Of a stretch of 64,000 bases of DNA, positions 18,797 to 27,677 are shown one piece after another; position 1 is the stretch's first letter, and every line of letters starts with the position of its first letter. Position numbers and translations under genes: made by a program. Origin of the DNA: Candidatus Omnitrophota bacterium (lineage in GTDB: Bacteria > Omnitrophota > Gorgyraeia > Zapsychrales > Fredricksoniimonadaceae); assembly GCA_903944345.1 (NCBI GenBank), contig CAJARJ010000015.1, positions 70,433-134,432 on the forward strand, given 5' to 3'. The notes below the pieces were generated by a model that saw nothing but the letters and a program-made list of their open reading frames with translations, did not search any database and had not been told where the DNA came from.

Positions 18797-20498
18797 GCTT
18801 TCCCCTTTCTTCTGCTGTACTGAGAATCCCCCTGCGGTTCAACGCGGACACCACAGCTTTAATGGACGCTTTGCTAATATTCGAATCCACTCCGGCGCCA
18901 AAGCAGACAACCGCATCATCCTGACGAATCCCCGCATAGGCGATGGCTTTCGCATCGGCACCTTCTTCCAAAGCATGCTCTGCAAACATCACCACATCCA
19001 GCGGAATGCTGAAATAATTCCTGATGCCATTAACAAAAGCATCCACCGGACCGTTGCCGGCAGCCTGAATTATAACCTCGAGTCCGGATTTACAAAGGAC
19101 AGCAGCAATCTCTGTTCTCTGTCCCGGGCTTTTTTCTGTATTTATCTGGCAAGAGTTCAATTTGTACAACGGACACTCCTGCAAATACTCCCGTTCAAAA
19201 CAATCACGGATGTCCTGCGAGGAAAGCTCGGCCCCTGACTTGTCTGCCATCGCCTGAACGACTTGCGAAAAATCACGCTGCATCTGCTTGGGGATACAAA
19301 TCCCCCAGTCTTTTTCCATTATATAGGAAACACCGCCTTTACCCGATTGGCTGTTAATCCTGATAATAGACTCATAGCTCCGGCCGACATCCCGGGGATC
19401 AATGGGCAGATACGGAACAGCCCAGAACTTGCTCGGGGAAGATTGCCGGGCCTTCATTCCTTTGTTGATAGCATCCTGATGTGAACCGGAAAACGCCGTA
19501 TACACCAGCTCTCCAACATAGGGATGCCGCGGATGTATCTCCATACGGACACAGCGCGAATAAACATCCACCACATGCGCCATGTCGCTGAAATCAAGAC
19601 GGGGATCAACTCCCTGTGAAAAGATATTCAGTGCCATGGTCACAATATCCATATTACCGGTCCGTTCCCCGTTACCGAACAGAGATCCCTCGACGCGCTG
19701 TGCGCCGGCCAAAACAGCCAGCTCGGCTGCCGCAACACCCGTGCCCCGGTCATTATGCGTATGGACACTCAGAATAACCGCATCCCGGGCACGAATATTC
19801 CTGCTAAACCATTCAATACGATCAGCATAAATATTAGGAGTACACATTTCTACTGTCTCGGGCAGATTAATAATAACTTTATCCGCAGCCGACGGCGTCC
19901 ACACATCTGTCACCGCATGACAGATATCCAGCGCGAAATCCAGTTCCGTCCCCGGAAAACTTTCCGGGGAATACTGGAACCGGATGTCCGCATTGCCGGA
20001 TTCCTTCTTCAACCGTGCCATCAAACGCGCAGCATCCGTAGCGATCCTGATAATCTCTTCCCGGCTTTTGCCAAACACCACCTCACGCTGAACAGCAGAT
20101 GTGGAATTATACAAATGCACGATGACCCGTCGAGCGCCCTGGACAGACTCAAAAGTCCGCCTGATCAAATCTTCCCGTGCCTGGGTGATCACCTGGATAG
20201 TGACATCCCCGGGAATGCGGTCTTCCTCAATCAGTTTCCGGATAAAATCAAACTCGACCGCCGAGGCGGACGGAAAACCAACCTCGATCTCTTTAAATCC
20301 CACAGCAACCAGAAGATCAAACATTTCCGTCTTGCGAGGTATATCCATAGGCACGCTCAACGCCTGATTGCCATCACGCAGGTCAACACTGCACCAGACA
20401 GGAGCCTGGGTGATGACCTTGTCGGGCCAGCTTCGGTCCGGTATCTCGACCTGCGGATAAGGACGGTACTTCCCAAAGGGCATTGCGTCTTTCTTCAT
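18777..20498 (-). CDS. leuA: 2-isopropylmalate synthase (long LeuA form)
   Basis: About 573 aa. HMGL-like TIM barrel (VDLRDGNQA) plus a LeuA dimerisation region. Start at the ATG at 20498 with an AAAGGTGG RBS. The upstream leucine-rich leader and attenuator support the leuA call. Confidence 0.8.
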   Translation of the reverse strand: MKKDAMPFGKYRPYPQVEIPDRSWPDKVITQAPVWCSVDLRDGNQALSVPMDIPRKTEMFDLLVAVGFKEIEVGFPSASAVEFDFIRKLIEEDRIPGDVTIQVITQAREDLIRRTFESVQGARRVIVHLYNSTSAVQREVVFGKSREEIIRIATDAARLMARLKKESGNADIRFQYSPESFPGTELDFALDICHAVTDVWTPSAADKVIINLPETVEMCTPNIYADRIEWFSRNIRARDAVILSVHTHNDRGTGVAAAELAVLAGAQRVEGSLFGNGERTGNMDIVTMALNIFSQGVDPRLDFSDMAHVVDVYSRCVRMEIHPRHPYVGELVYTAFSGSHQDAINKGMKARQSSPSKFWAVPYLPIDPRDVGRSYESIIRINSQSGKGGVSYIMEKDWGICIPKQMQRDFSQVVQAMADKSGAELSSQDIRDCFEREYLQECPLYKLNSCQINTEKSPGQRTEIAAVLCKSGLEVIIQAAGNGPVDAFVNGIRNYFSIPLDVVMFAEHALEEGADAKAIAYAGIRQDDAVVCFGAGVDSNISKASIKAVVSALNRRGILSTAEERGKHGDTKF

Positions 20499-20552
20499 AA
20501 CAAACCACCTTTCATGGTTTACCGCCAATCTTCAAGGCCGACAGCTTTGGGA

Positions 20553-20591
20553 CAACAAAAAAGCCACCGGACTCCTGAAGAGTTGGTGGCA
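20553..20591 (-). terminator. Attenuator terminator in the leuA leader (GCCACC...GGTGGC stem followed by TTTTTTGTTGT)
   Basis: On the minus strand a hairpin (20591-20564) is followed by a U-tract, about 60 nt upstream of the leuA ATG and downstream of the Leu-rich leader ORF. Confidence 0.5.
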
Positions 20592-20649
20592 TTTGAATTT
20601 TAAACTGTTTCTATCCGGTCAATTCAACAAAACACACCTCTCTTCGGGC

Positions 20650-20718
20650 CTATCTTAAAGATAGGAGTAGGAGCTTTCCCGTAAGTCGGTTGTTGTGTTG
20701 TATTGAATTGCCGTTCAT
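20650..20718 (-). CDS. Leucine-rich leader peptide (MNGNSIQHNNRLTGKLLLLSLR)
   Basis: 22-codon ORF containing four consecutive Leu codons (ctc cta ctc cta) plus two more Leu, immediately upstream of the terminator hairpin. Classic leu-type attenuation arrangement. The RBS is weak. Confidence 0.45.
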   Translation of the reverse strand: MNGNSIQHNNRLTGKLLLLSLR

Positions 20719-20821
20719 AAGGTTAATTTATACCACCTCCTGCAATACCTGTCAAGCTCAGCAGCCTCTCAGACGGCATTCCACAGAAACGCAAAACAGC
20801 AAGCCCCAGAATCCGGCAACT

Positions 20822-21154
20822 TTAAAAGATCCATCTTATCAAACCGCCAACAAGCCTGAATGGCAAAGCAATCACCCATCCAATCGCGTGTATGGTCGAA
20901 CTTAATAGCCCTGGATGCCCTGCGTCTGTTTCGGTCGTTGCAGTCGTGCTTTCACTCTGCTGCGCCACACTATCCTGTTGACCTCCGGTACCCACCACTG
21001 CGCTGCCGGGGCGTTCCATCGTCATCGTTGTAGTGGTAGTGGTTGTTTTCTGTGTGCTGGCACAACCGGATCCAGCCAGAACCACACACACCGCAAAACC
21101 TAAATAGGCACTCTTAATGGCCCAGGATTTTAATGCCTTTATCCAGATTCTCAT
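20822..21154 (-). CDS. Hypothetical lipoprotein with Thr-rich low-complexity linker and C-terminal hydrophobic segment
   Basis: Signal peptide with lipobox (LAGSGC), then a TTTTTTTMTM tract. AAGGGGG RBS. Confidence 0.4.
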   Translation of the reverse strand: MRIWIKALKSWAIKSAYLGFAVCVVLAGSGCASTQKTTTTTTTMTMERPGSAVVGTGGQQDSVAQQSESTTATTETDAGHPGLLSSTIHAIGWVIALPFRLVGGLIRWIF

Positions 21155-21195
21155 GCCCGCCCCCTTGATTTCATAAACGATTCGCCAGGTTCAAC

Positions 21196-21357
21196 TTATA
21201 TCCGCTCTTTGAGTTTATCCGCAACCGTATCAATCCGGTCCTTGACCGCTCCTCGCAACTCGTCCGCCTCGCCTTCGGCTTTCAGGCGTTTGTTATTAGT
21301 CAAATCCCCGACGGCCTGCTTTATGCGGCCCCTCACTTTATCTACATGAACACCCAT
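21196..21357 (-). CDS. CsbD-family general stress protein
   Basis: MGVHVDKVRGRIKQAVGDLTNNKRLKAEGEADELRGAVKDRIDTVADKLKERI matches CsbD. Start at the internal ATG at 21357. Confidence 0.7.
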   Translation of the reverse strand: MGVHVDKVRGRIKQAVGDLTNNKRLKAEGEADELRGAVKDRIDTVADKLKERI

Positions 21358-21448
21358 ATTGCCCCCCTGTTTCAAAATACGGTTAAGTTTATTCACGGCG
21401 CTCCCCGGAGCGTCTGCCGTTCTTCCAGCTGCTTCGACTTAATATCTG

Positions 21449-21496
21449 ATTTTAGGGAGGAGACAAGAACAAATCAATTGTACTGCGGTACTACAG
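21449..21496 (-). promoter_or_regulatory. Conserved promoter family, copy a (TTGATT -35, 17 nt, TAAAAT -10) with upstream conserved block
   Basis: Minus-strand sequence ctgtagtaccgcagtacaaTTGATTtgttcttgtctcctcccTAAAAT. About 85 nt upstream of the CsbD ATG. Confidence 0.5.
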
Positions 21497-21524
21497 AGGA
21501 TGAAATTCATGTCCGTCAATCGCG

Positions 21525-22262
21525 TCAGTGCCCTTCGTCCAGCCCTTCTTGCCGAACATCCTTCCTGTTCTCATGTTCCCGCCCCGCATAAACTGTCCTG
21601 GGAGGAACAATGGTCCCCTTGGGAACAATCGCCCCTGCCGCGATTATCGCCCGGTCGCCGATCTGGCATCCGGGCATAATCGTGCAGTGTGATCCAAGCA
21701 GAACATTGCTTCCGATTTTCACTTTCCTTAGTTTCAGCGATCCCCTCTCGACAATGTGCCCGTTAATGATCGCTCCGCCACCAACAACCGTGTTGTCGCC
21801 GATCTCCAAAAGAGTCGCATCAAAAACAAATTTGGAATTAAAGTGCACATTCCTCCCCAACTTCGCACCCAGAAGTCGAAACAGAATATTGGCAAAAGGC
21901 GTAAGCAGAATAAAATCAATAAATGTATAATGCACCATCAAAAAAAGTGAACTCATAAAAGCCCACTTCATTGCCTGTATTGAAGAAAGCGGGTAAGTTC
22001 CCTCCTGTAACCTTAACCCCAGAATGCTCCGGAAAACACCAACCAGCAAGATCAACGTTACCCCGAACATAAAAAATCCCGCAGATATTGTGGCCCCCAA
22101 AAGAAACAGGCGCAAAACGGGTGCCGTGAACATCGTTATCTGCCAGACTTTTAGAAAGAGAGCTATGCCAGGAACCAGGGCCGCGCCAAAAAAGATCGCC
22201 CCCATTACATACATAAAAATCGCAAATAACAGCTGAATGGAAACTGTCAGCAACCAATTCAT
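21525..22262 (-). CDS. Membrane-anchored hexapeptide-repeat (LbH) acyl/acetyltransferase
   Basis: N-terminal TM helices followed by left-handed beta-helix repeats (IGDNTVVGGGAIINGHIV, IGSNVLLGSHCTIMPGCQIGDRAII). Start at the ATG at 22262 with an AGGAGA RBS. Confidence 0.6.
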   Translation of the reverse strand: MNWLLTVSIQLLFAIFMYVMGAIFFGAALVPGIALFLKVWQITMFTAPVLRLFLLGATISAGFFMFGVTLILLVGVFRSILGLRLQEGTYPLSSIQAMKWAFMSSLFLMVHYTFIDFILLTPFANILFRLLGAKLGRNVHFNSKFVFDATLLEIGDNTVVGGGAIINGHIVERGSLKLRKVKIGSNVLLGSHCTIMPGCQIGDRAIIAAGAIVPKGTIVPPRTVYAGREHENRKDVRQEGLDEGH

Positions 22263-22273
22263 AAAGTTCTCTC

Positions 22274-23005
22274 CTATAACGTATTGTGAAACCATTCCAG
22301 ACACGGTTTCATAAATTGATCCGGCTGTTGATCAAACATCGTTTCTGCATGTCCGCACTTCTCAAGGATAACTATTTTCTTGGGCTCTTTTGCCTTATTG
22401 TACAATTCCCGACTATGCCTGACATTGATCAACCAGTCTTCCGCTCCGTGCAAGAACAAGACCGGCCGGGGAGATATCCGCTCAACAATTTCAATCGGTG
22501 CGATCTTCGGCTCCCACGGATGCCCCGGACGAACCCCCTTGCCCCGGGCTTTATACCCAAGATTCAGCTTGAGATCATCAAGCATGGCAGGTTTCCAGAA
22601 TTGATAGTCAATCTTCCAGAAATCATACGGAGCACTGACCGCTATCAGGCTCTTAACATCCTGATTCTCGGCAGTTTCCAATAAACTAATTGCCGCACCT
22701 AAAGAGAACCCCATCAAACCAATCGATTCATACCCGCAGGTTTTTACATAAGCGATTACAGCCCGAAGATCGGCGCATTCTTTTGCGGTCCATGTAAATA
22801 ACCCGGAGCTCTTCCCGTGCCCGCGGAAATCAAAAGCCACAACATCATAATGAGAAGCCAGTCCCTGCGCGATCAGGCGAAACAAGTAAGCGTCTTTGGC
22901 ATTAAAAAAACCATGGGCAAGAATAATAATCCTCCTGAACCCCTGCTCATGGTGAACCGCTTCTATGCGGTGATTGTCCTGTGTTCTTAAAGTCACGTTA
23001 CGCAT
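22274..23005 (-). CDS. Alpha/beta hydrolase
   Basis: Oxyanion hole HGFF and nucleophile elbow GFSLG. 243 aa. Confidence 0.75.
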   Translation of the reverse strand: MRNVTLRTQDNHRIEAVHHEQGFRRIIILAHGFFNAKDAYLFRLIAQGLASHYDVVAFDFRGHGKSSGLFTWTAKECADLRAVIAYVKTCGYESIGLMGFSLGAAISLLETAENQDVKSLIAVSAPYDFWKIDYQFWKPAMLDDLKLNLGYKARGKGVRPGHPWEPKIAPIEIVERISPRPVLFLHGAEDWLINVRHSRELYNKAKEPKKIVILEKCGHAETMFDQQPDQFMKPCLEWFHNTL

Positions 23006-23116
23006 CCAACTCTCCCCTTGCCCGCTACAGACTCTTTAAAGCATAACACGAGATAGTTGATACATCAACCAGTGCGCGAACGCGGCATTTAGCCCGCCTT
23101 AACTTTTTAAACCCCT

Positions 23117-24196
23117 TCAACATTGATTCCTCTGAAACTTCAGAACCTCCCTGCACCGCTTTCCGAAACGCTTATCTTTCTGCCTCTTGTCCACATATGA
23201 CATCTGATGATATTCGGCCTCTTTATTCATCTTTACATAATTCCGATATCGCTTCTCAGCCAAAGTGCCATCCTGAATAGCCGCCAGGACGGCACAGCCT
23301 TTCTCCTGCGTATGTGTGCAGTTGTTAAAACGGCATTGCCCGGCCAAACCAACCACATCCGGAAAAGTTTCATCAAACCCCTCTTCGGCCGCAAAGTTCC
23401 CGAGTTCCCGCATACCTGGGGTATCAACAATAATAACTCCGCTCTTTAGTTTTATCAGCTGCCGGGTTGTCGTCGTGTGCCGGCCCTTCCCGTCGCTCTC
23501 TCTTACTTCCTGCGTAGCAAAAGCCTGCTCTCCGATCAGCGTGTTGATCAAAGTGGTTTTTCCGACTCCAGATGATCCCAGCAAACAAAATGTTTTTGAG
23601 GGCGCCAGCAGCTCACGAAGCGCATCTGCCCCTTCCCCCGTTTTGTTACTAAAGACAACAATCTGCAATCCAGGCAGCACTTCACGAATCTCCGCCACCT
23701 TCTGCGAAACTTCTTCAGGCAAAAGAAGGTCACACTTACTCAACAGGACGACTGGATGAATATGGCTTTCATGGATCATCACAAGGTAGCGTTCCAGACG
23801 ACTAACACTAAAATCCGCATCCAGAGCCTGCACAATCAAGGCCACATCAATGTTGGCCGCAATCAATTGAAAATCAACCTTACGCCCCGGCGTTTTCCGT
23901 TTAAGAATTGTTTTTCTGGGCAGCACTGAATGAATTACTGTGAACTCGTCTGCGTTGTGAGCCTGGAAAAAGACCCAGTCTCCGGCACAGGGGAAAGCGA
24001 ACGTCGAGTCAGCATTTGACATAAACTTTCCCGATAACACTGCAACAGCCACATTCACACCATCACTTATAGTAAATCTTTCTTTATGAACAGAAGTCAC
24101 CCTCGCGATGCCCAACTCCTTCCTCTTCTCGAGCTCGCCCGCGTAAAAGGACTCACAAAAGCCCAGCGCCTTAATATCACCCGCGCCCATCCTCAT
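23117..24196 (-). CDS. rsgA: Ribosome small-subunit-dependent GTPase A (RsgA/EngC)
   Basis: Circularly permuted GTPase motifs (SKCDLL before GSSGVGKTTLIN and DTPG) and a C-terminal zinc-finger Cys cluster (CRFNNCTHTQEKGC). Confidence 0.8.
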   Translation of the reverse strand: MRMGAGDIKALGFCESFYAGELEKRKELGIARVTSVHKERFTISDGVNVAVAVLSGKFMSNADSTFAFPCAGDWVFFQAHNADEFTVIHSVLPRKTILKRKTPGRKVDFQLIAANIDVALIVQALDADFSVSRLERYLVMIHESHIHPVVLLSKCDLLLPEEVSQKVAEIREVLPGLQIVVFSNKTGEGADALRELLAPSKTFCLLGSSGVGKTTLINTLIGEQAFATQEVRESDGKGRHTTTTRQLIKLKSGVIIVDTPGMRELGNFAAEEGFDETFPDVVGLAGQCRFNNCTHTQEKGCAVLAAIQDGTLAEKRYRNYVKMNKEAEYHQMSYVDKRQKDKRFGKRCREVLKFQRNQC

Positions 24197-24542
24197 AATT
24201 ATCCTTTTTTAAATTATAGCTTTCGCATGAAAATGATTCCGGCTTAAACAAAGCAGAAACGATATGCTGTTATTCTCCTCTTGCAGGCAAGATCTGTCCA
24301 GCTCCAAGTCAAATCCAGTACTTAACAAATGCGGGCTGCCAGAACAATTCATTCAACATTATAGAATGGGAAGGCAAGTGGAGGCGGGTGGACATAACGC
24401 CGCTCGCGCCTGCGCATGCCTGGTCGCAAAAGGTTTCACCTTGTTTGCGCCACGCATACCAGGGCCAAGCACAATTTATATCAGCTATTCCAATTTACTC
24501 ACGCACGATCATCTCGACGACACGCTTTTCCCCGAATTCCTG

Positions 24543-24692
24543 TCATGGCCGTCTGCGTCCACTAATGAACTGCAAAATGATAACGATAGCGGCAATGACA
24601 AGCAGAACATGTATAAACCCTCCCATGGTGTACGAGGAAACCAGACCTAACAACCAAAGCACACACAATACAACTGCAATTGTATACAGCAT
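24543..24692 (-). CDS. lmo0937-family small membrane protein (49 aa)
   Basis: Not in the ORF track because it is under 60 aa. MLYTIAVVLCVLWLLGLVSSYTMGGFIHVLLVIAAIVIILQFISGRRRP. AAGGTGG RBS. Paralog at 58241-58384. Confidence 0.6.
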   Translation of the reverse strand: MLYTIAVVLCVLWLLGLVSSYTMGGFIHVLLVIAAIVIILQFISGRRRP

Positions 24693-24713
24693 ATTAAACC
24701 ACCTTTATATTAA

Positions 24714-24953
24714 CTAACGGACAGCTCGCTCTACGGCTGCCCCGACATCATGTCCTGCCGCCCGAATGTCATCTCCTACCGAACGCCTGAAAAGCGGCCG
24801 ACCACCCGCAATAGCCCAGATAAGAAAAATGACCAGCAGAACTGAAAGAATCCCGGAAGGCGCGTATCCCCAGGATCTGCTGTGAGGCCACATTGGCCAA
24901 ACTCCAATAGCCAGAACAAGTACAACGAATAGCAAGATTGTTTCAGTAGACAT
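24714..24953 (-). CDS. DUF3309-family small membrane protein
   Basis: MSTETILLFVVLVLAIGVWPMWPHSRSWGYAPSGILSVLLVIFLI matches the DUF3309 signature (WPxWPYSRxWGYxPSG). AAGGAG RBS. Confidence 0.6.
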   Translation of the reverse strand: MSTETILLFVVLVLAIGVWPMWPHSRSWGYAPSGILSVLLVIFLIWAIAGGRPLFRRSVGDDIRAAGHDVGAAVERAVR

Positions 24954-24973
24954 AAAAGCTCCTTTCTTCTTTC

Positions 24974-25147
24974 TTAATGGTTGTTCTTTAGCCGTTGCTC
25001 GGCTTCCAACCAGTTATCCAGAGCGCATCCGCCCTTCTCCCGATAGATTTCATAAGCCTGGTCACGGATTGAACTGTCCTCTCCGGCCTTAGTCTGAATG
25101 ATTTGCGGTTCACTTGCCTGCTGATGACGATGATGTTGTCTTGACAT
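24974..25147 (-). CDS. DUF2934-family small protein (57 aa)
   Basis: Not in the ORF track. MSRQHHRHQQASEPQIIQTKAGEDSSIRDQAYEIYREKGGCALDNWLEAEQRLKNNH matches the DUF2934 core (IRxxAYxIWexxGxPxGxxxxxWxxAE). AGGAGA RBS. Confidence 0.55.
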   Translation of the reverse strand: MSRQHHRHQQASEPQIIQTKAGEDSSIRDQAYEIYREKGGCALDNWLEAEQRLKNNH

Positions 25148-25395
25148 ATCTATCTCCTGTTTTTATCGCTGTTTCCTTACGAAAGACCCAAACCTTTATT
25201 ACCCATATCCTCAATATTGATCAACAAATTCTGTACTCCTGAACCCATGTTTTGGGGACTGCCTAACCTTATCCCCATATTCCAGAGTATCCGGCCAAGA
25301 CTCTTTATCTGAACTTCTGTTTCTTGTCTGTTTCCTCTGCGATATTTGTTTCATTTGTGTCCCCTTTGTTACCGAATTGCTCTGTGCTTCTATTT

Positions 25396-25443
25396 CATTC
25401 TAGAACAGAGCAAAAACGAATCAATTGTACTGCGGTATCATGA
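25396..25443 (-). promoter_or_regulatory. Conserved promoter family, copy b (TTGATT, 16 nt, TAGAAT)
   Basis: Minus-strand sequence ctcatgataccgcagtacaaTTGATTcgtttttgctctgttcTAGAAT. Upstream of the DUF2934-DUF3309-lmo0937 small-protein operon, leaving a long 5' UTR. Confidence 0.5.
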
Positions 25444-25576
25444 GCCGATAATAATTAGCAGAGACCGAATAACAGGCAAGCCTTGAAATGCCCAAGATCG
25501 ATTCAGGAATCAGAATAAAAAGCCCTTGTCACTCAACGAGCAACAAGGACCTTAAAGTTGCGGTGGCGCAGACTGG

Positions 25577-25999
25577 TTACCGGGCAAGCCAATCCACAAT
25601 TCTCTGCCTGATTTCTTCCCGCACTGCTCGCGTCCGGGAGATTCTTTCTTCCCAGGATCCTTCAAACTTTGATGGATCAGTAAATCCCCAATGCAGCCTT
25701 TTGGCCGCCCCGGGAAATACCGGACACCGTTCCGCGCTGGCTTCATCGCATACAGTTATCACATAGCTATAAATTTTCCCCTGCTTAAGAAGATCCATGA
25801 CAGCCTGCGTTTTCTTGCCGGCAATATAAATCCCCTCTTCTTTTAAAACCTCAACAACAACTGGATTCAACTTCCCTGGCTCAATCCCTGCACTCTCGGT
25901 CTCAAATTTGTCCCCAGCAAGTTTGCGCAATAATTCCTCTGCCATCTGACTGCGGGCAGAGTTATGTATACAAACAAATAAAACCTTCTCTTTTTCCAT
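25577..25999 (-). CDS. arsC: Arsenate reductase, LMW-PTPase (thioredoxin-coupled) type
   Basis: CIHNSARSQMAE P-loop and ITVCDEASAERCPVFPG, characteristic of LMW-PTP-type ArsC. Confidence 0.8.
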   Translation of the reverse strand: MEKEKVLFVCIHNSARSQMAEELLRKLAGDKFETESAGIEPGKLNPVVVEVLKEEGIYIAGKKTQAVMDLLKQGKIYSYVITVCDEASAERCPVFPGAAKRLHWGFTDPSKFEGSWEERISRTRAVREEIRQRIVDWLAR

Positions 26000-26010
26000 A
26001 GATCACCTCT

Positions 26011-26868
26011 TTATAAACAGCGTAGTTTAGCCTTCTTCTGAAAAACTCTTGTCACATTACCATTCGCATTTTTCCAATCCGGGCAGGAAGAAAAGATGGA
26101 AGAGAGAAATTTTTTAACCCGCACGGCTATCCGATCGCTGATCTGCCGACAGCGCTTCAGTTTCTGCGCCTCACTGCCCTTAAGGTCCGCCGGATCTTCA
26201 AACTCCCAGTGTATGCGCTTCGCCTTGCCCGGGAATACCGGACAACGCGCCCCTTCCGATTCCGCGCAAACGGTTATCACGTAATCAAACGACTGCCCCT
26301 GGCTGATCAAATCGTGCACGCTCTTGCTGCGGCAACCCGTAAGACTTATCCCCTTCTCTTTAAGAATCGCGATAACCATCGGATTAAGCGCTCCAGGCTC
26401 CAGACCAGCACTCGCCACCACGACTTGCGCCCCGCCCAACTTCCTTGTATACGCCTCCGCCATCTGGCTGCGGGCGGCGTTATGCACACAAACGAACAAA
26501 ATGCGAACCGCGTTACCGCCAACACTGCGTGAATCTGTTCTAGCGGAAAGGCTCCGCAATTTATCTATATCCCTGCGGGCAATCTTGTTTTCCAGAAAAC
26601 ACGATTCCAGACACCCCAGAATGCTCCGCACCAGGACATCATTGGAACGATTTATCCCGTAAAAGGACTGTGTCCCTTCTTCCCGAATAACAAGCAACCT
26701 GTTATTCTTAAGATACGCCAGATGACGCGATATGGTTGACTGTGGCAAACCCGTAACACCTACCAGATCCTGAACCCGCCTTTCGCCATGAGTAAGCAGA
26801 ATCATGATCCGCAGCCGTACCTCTTCGCTCATGGCTTTAAAAATAGCCGCTTCTTCTTTCACGCACAC
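26011..26868 (-). CDS. ArsR-family HTH regulator fused to an LMW-PTPase-type arsenate reductase domain
   Basis: N-terminal ArsR/SmtB HTH ([45 protein letters not shown]). C-terminal [12 protein letters not shown] ... [17 protein letters not shown]. Starts with GTG at 26868. Confidence 0.75.
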   Translation of the reverse strand: MCVKEEAAIFKAMSEEVRLRIMILLTHGERRVQDLVGVTGLPQSTISRHLAYLKNNRLLVIREEGTQSFYGINRSNDVLVRSILGCLESCFLENKIARRDIDKLRSLSARTDSRSVGGNAVRILFVCVHNAARSQMAEAYTRKLGGAQVVVASAGLEPGALNPMVIAILKEKGISLTGCRSKSVHDLISQGQSFDYVITVCAESEGARCPVFPGKAKRIHWEFEDPADLKGSEAQKLKRCRQISDRIAVRVKKFLSSIFSSCPDWKNANGNVTRVFQKKAKLRCL

Positions 26869-26989
26869 ATCCTTTCATCCGCATAAACGGATATTATACA
26901 AACCAGGGATTCCCGTCAATATTTTTTTTAAGCCACCGGAGATCTCGGGCAGGGACGGAATTGTCGCAAGACGATACGCGAAAGCTTTG

Positions 26990-27676
26990 TCACAACAAGT
27001 TGAACCGGTATCCTATCCCCGGCTCATTAACGATACGTTTGGGCCTGGAAGGATCATCCTCAATCTTTTGGCGCAAATGATTCAAATAAACGCGTACTGA
27101 ATTCAGCTTCTGCTCATTATCAGTTGCCCAAACATCTCTCAAGATCTGCCGCATCGTAAGAACCCTTCCGGCATTCTTGATGAACAATATCAACAGTCCA
27201 TATTCAATAGCCGTCAACTTAAGCGGCTGTCCATTAAGAGCGGCGATGCGCGTGTTGAACTCCAGGCGCAAGCCGGCATTGTCAAAAACCTCATCAACAA
27301 TTCCCGGAGTTGTTTTACGTCTCAAAACAGCCTGGAGCCGCGCGATCAGCTCGACCGCTGAAAAAGGCTTGGTCACGTAATCATCAGCGCCATTCTCAAG
27401 GCATCTTACCTTGACTTCTTCCTGACCTCGAACTGAAACCATGATCACGGCCACATCGCTTATCTCCCTAATCCTCAGAAGCACATCTGTACCTTCCATA
27501 TCCGGCAGCCCCATGTCCAACAGCACGGCATTAGGCTTCTTGTAAACCAGCGCAGCCAAGCCTTCCTTCCCGGAGCCCGCTTCAATCATGCCATATCCGG
27601 CATGAGTCAGAATCACCCGCAACAATTTTTGAATCTGCGGTTCGTCATCAATAACCAAAACTAGTCCCTTGGACAT
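26990..27676 (-). CDS. kdpE: Two-component response regulator KdpE (OmpR family)
   Basis: Receiver (LVLVIDDEPQIQKLL ... LLDMGLPDMEG) plus a winged-helix output domain. Directly downstream of kdpD. Confidence 0.85.
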   Translation of the reverse strand: MSKGLVLVIDDEPQIQKLLRVILTHAGYGMIEAGSGKEGLAALVYKKPNAVLLDMGLPDMEGTDVLLRIREISDVAVIMVSVRGQEEVKVRCLENGADDYVTKPFSAVELIARLQAVLRRKTTPGIVDEVFDNAGLRLEFNTRIAALNGQPLKLTAIEYGLLILFIKNAGRVLTMRQILRDVWATDNEQKLNSVRVYLNHLRQKIEDDPSRPKRIVNEPGIGYRFNLL

Positions 27677-27677
27677 C

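Noticed and set aside
20822-21154. Run of codons giving TTTTTTTMTM; considered as a tandem repeat or slippage tract
   Set aside because: The nucleotide sequence is not a perfect simple-sequence repeat. It looks like a low-complexity Thr-rich linker inside a lipoprotein, not a phase-variation tract.
23055-23068. Short dyad GTTGAT-ac-ATCAAC upstream of the alpha/beta hydrolase gene at 23005
   Set aside because: It is only 6-bp arms and a single occurrence. That is insufficient to call a regulatory site.
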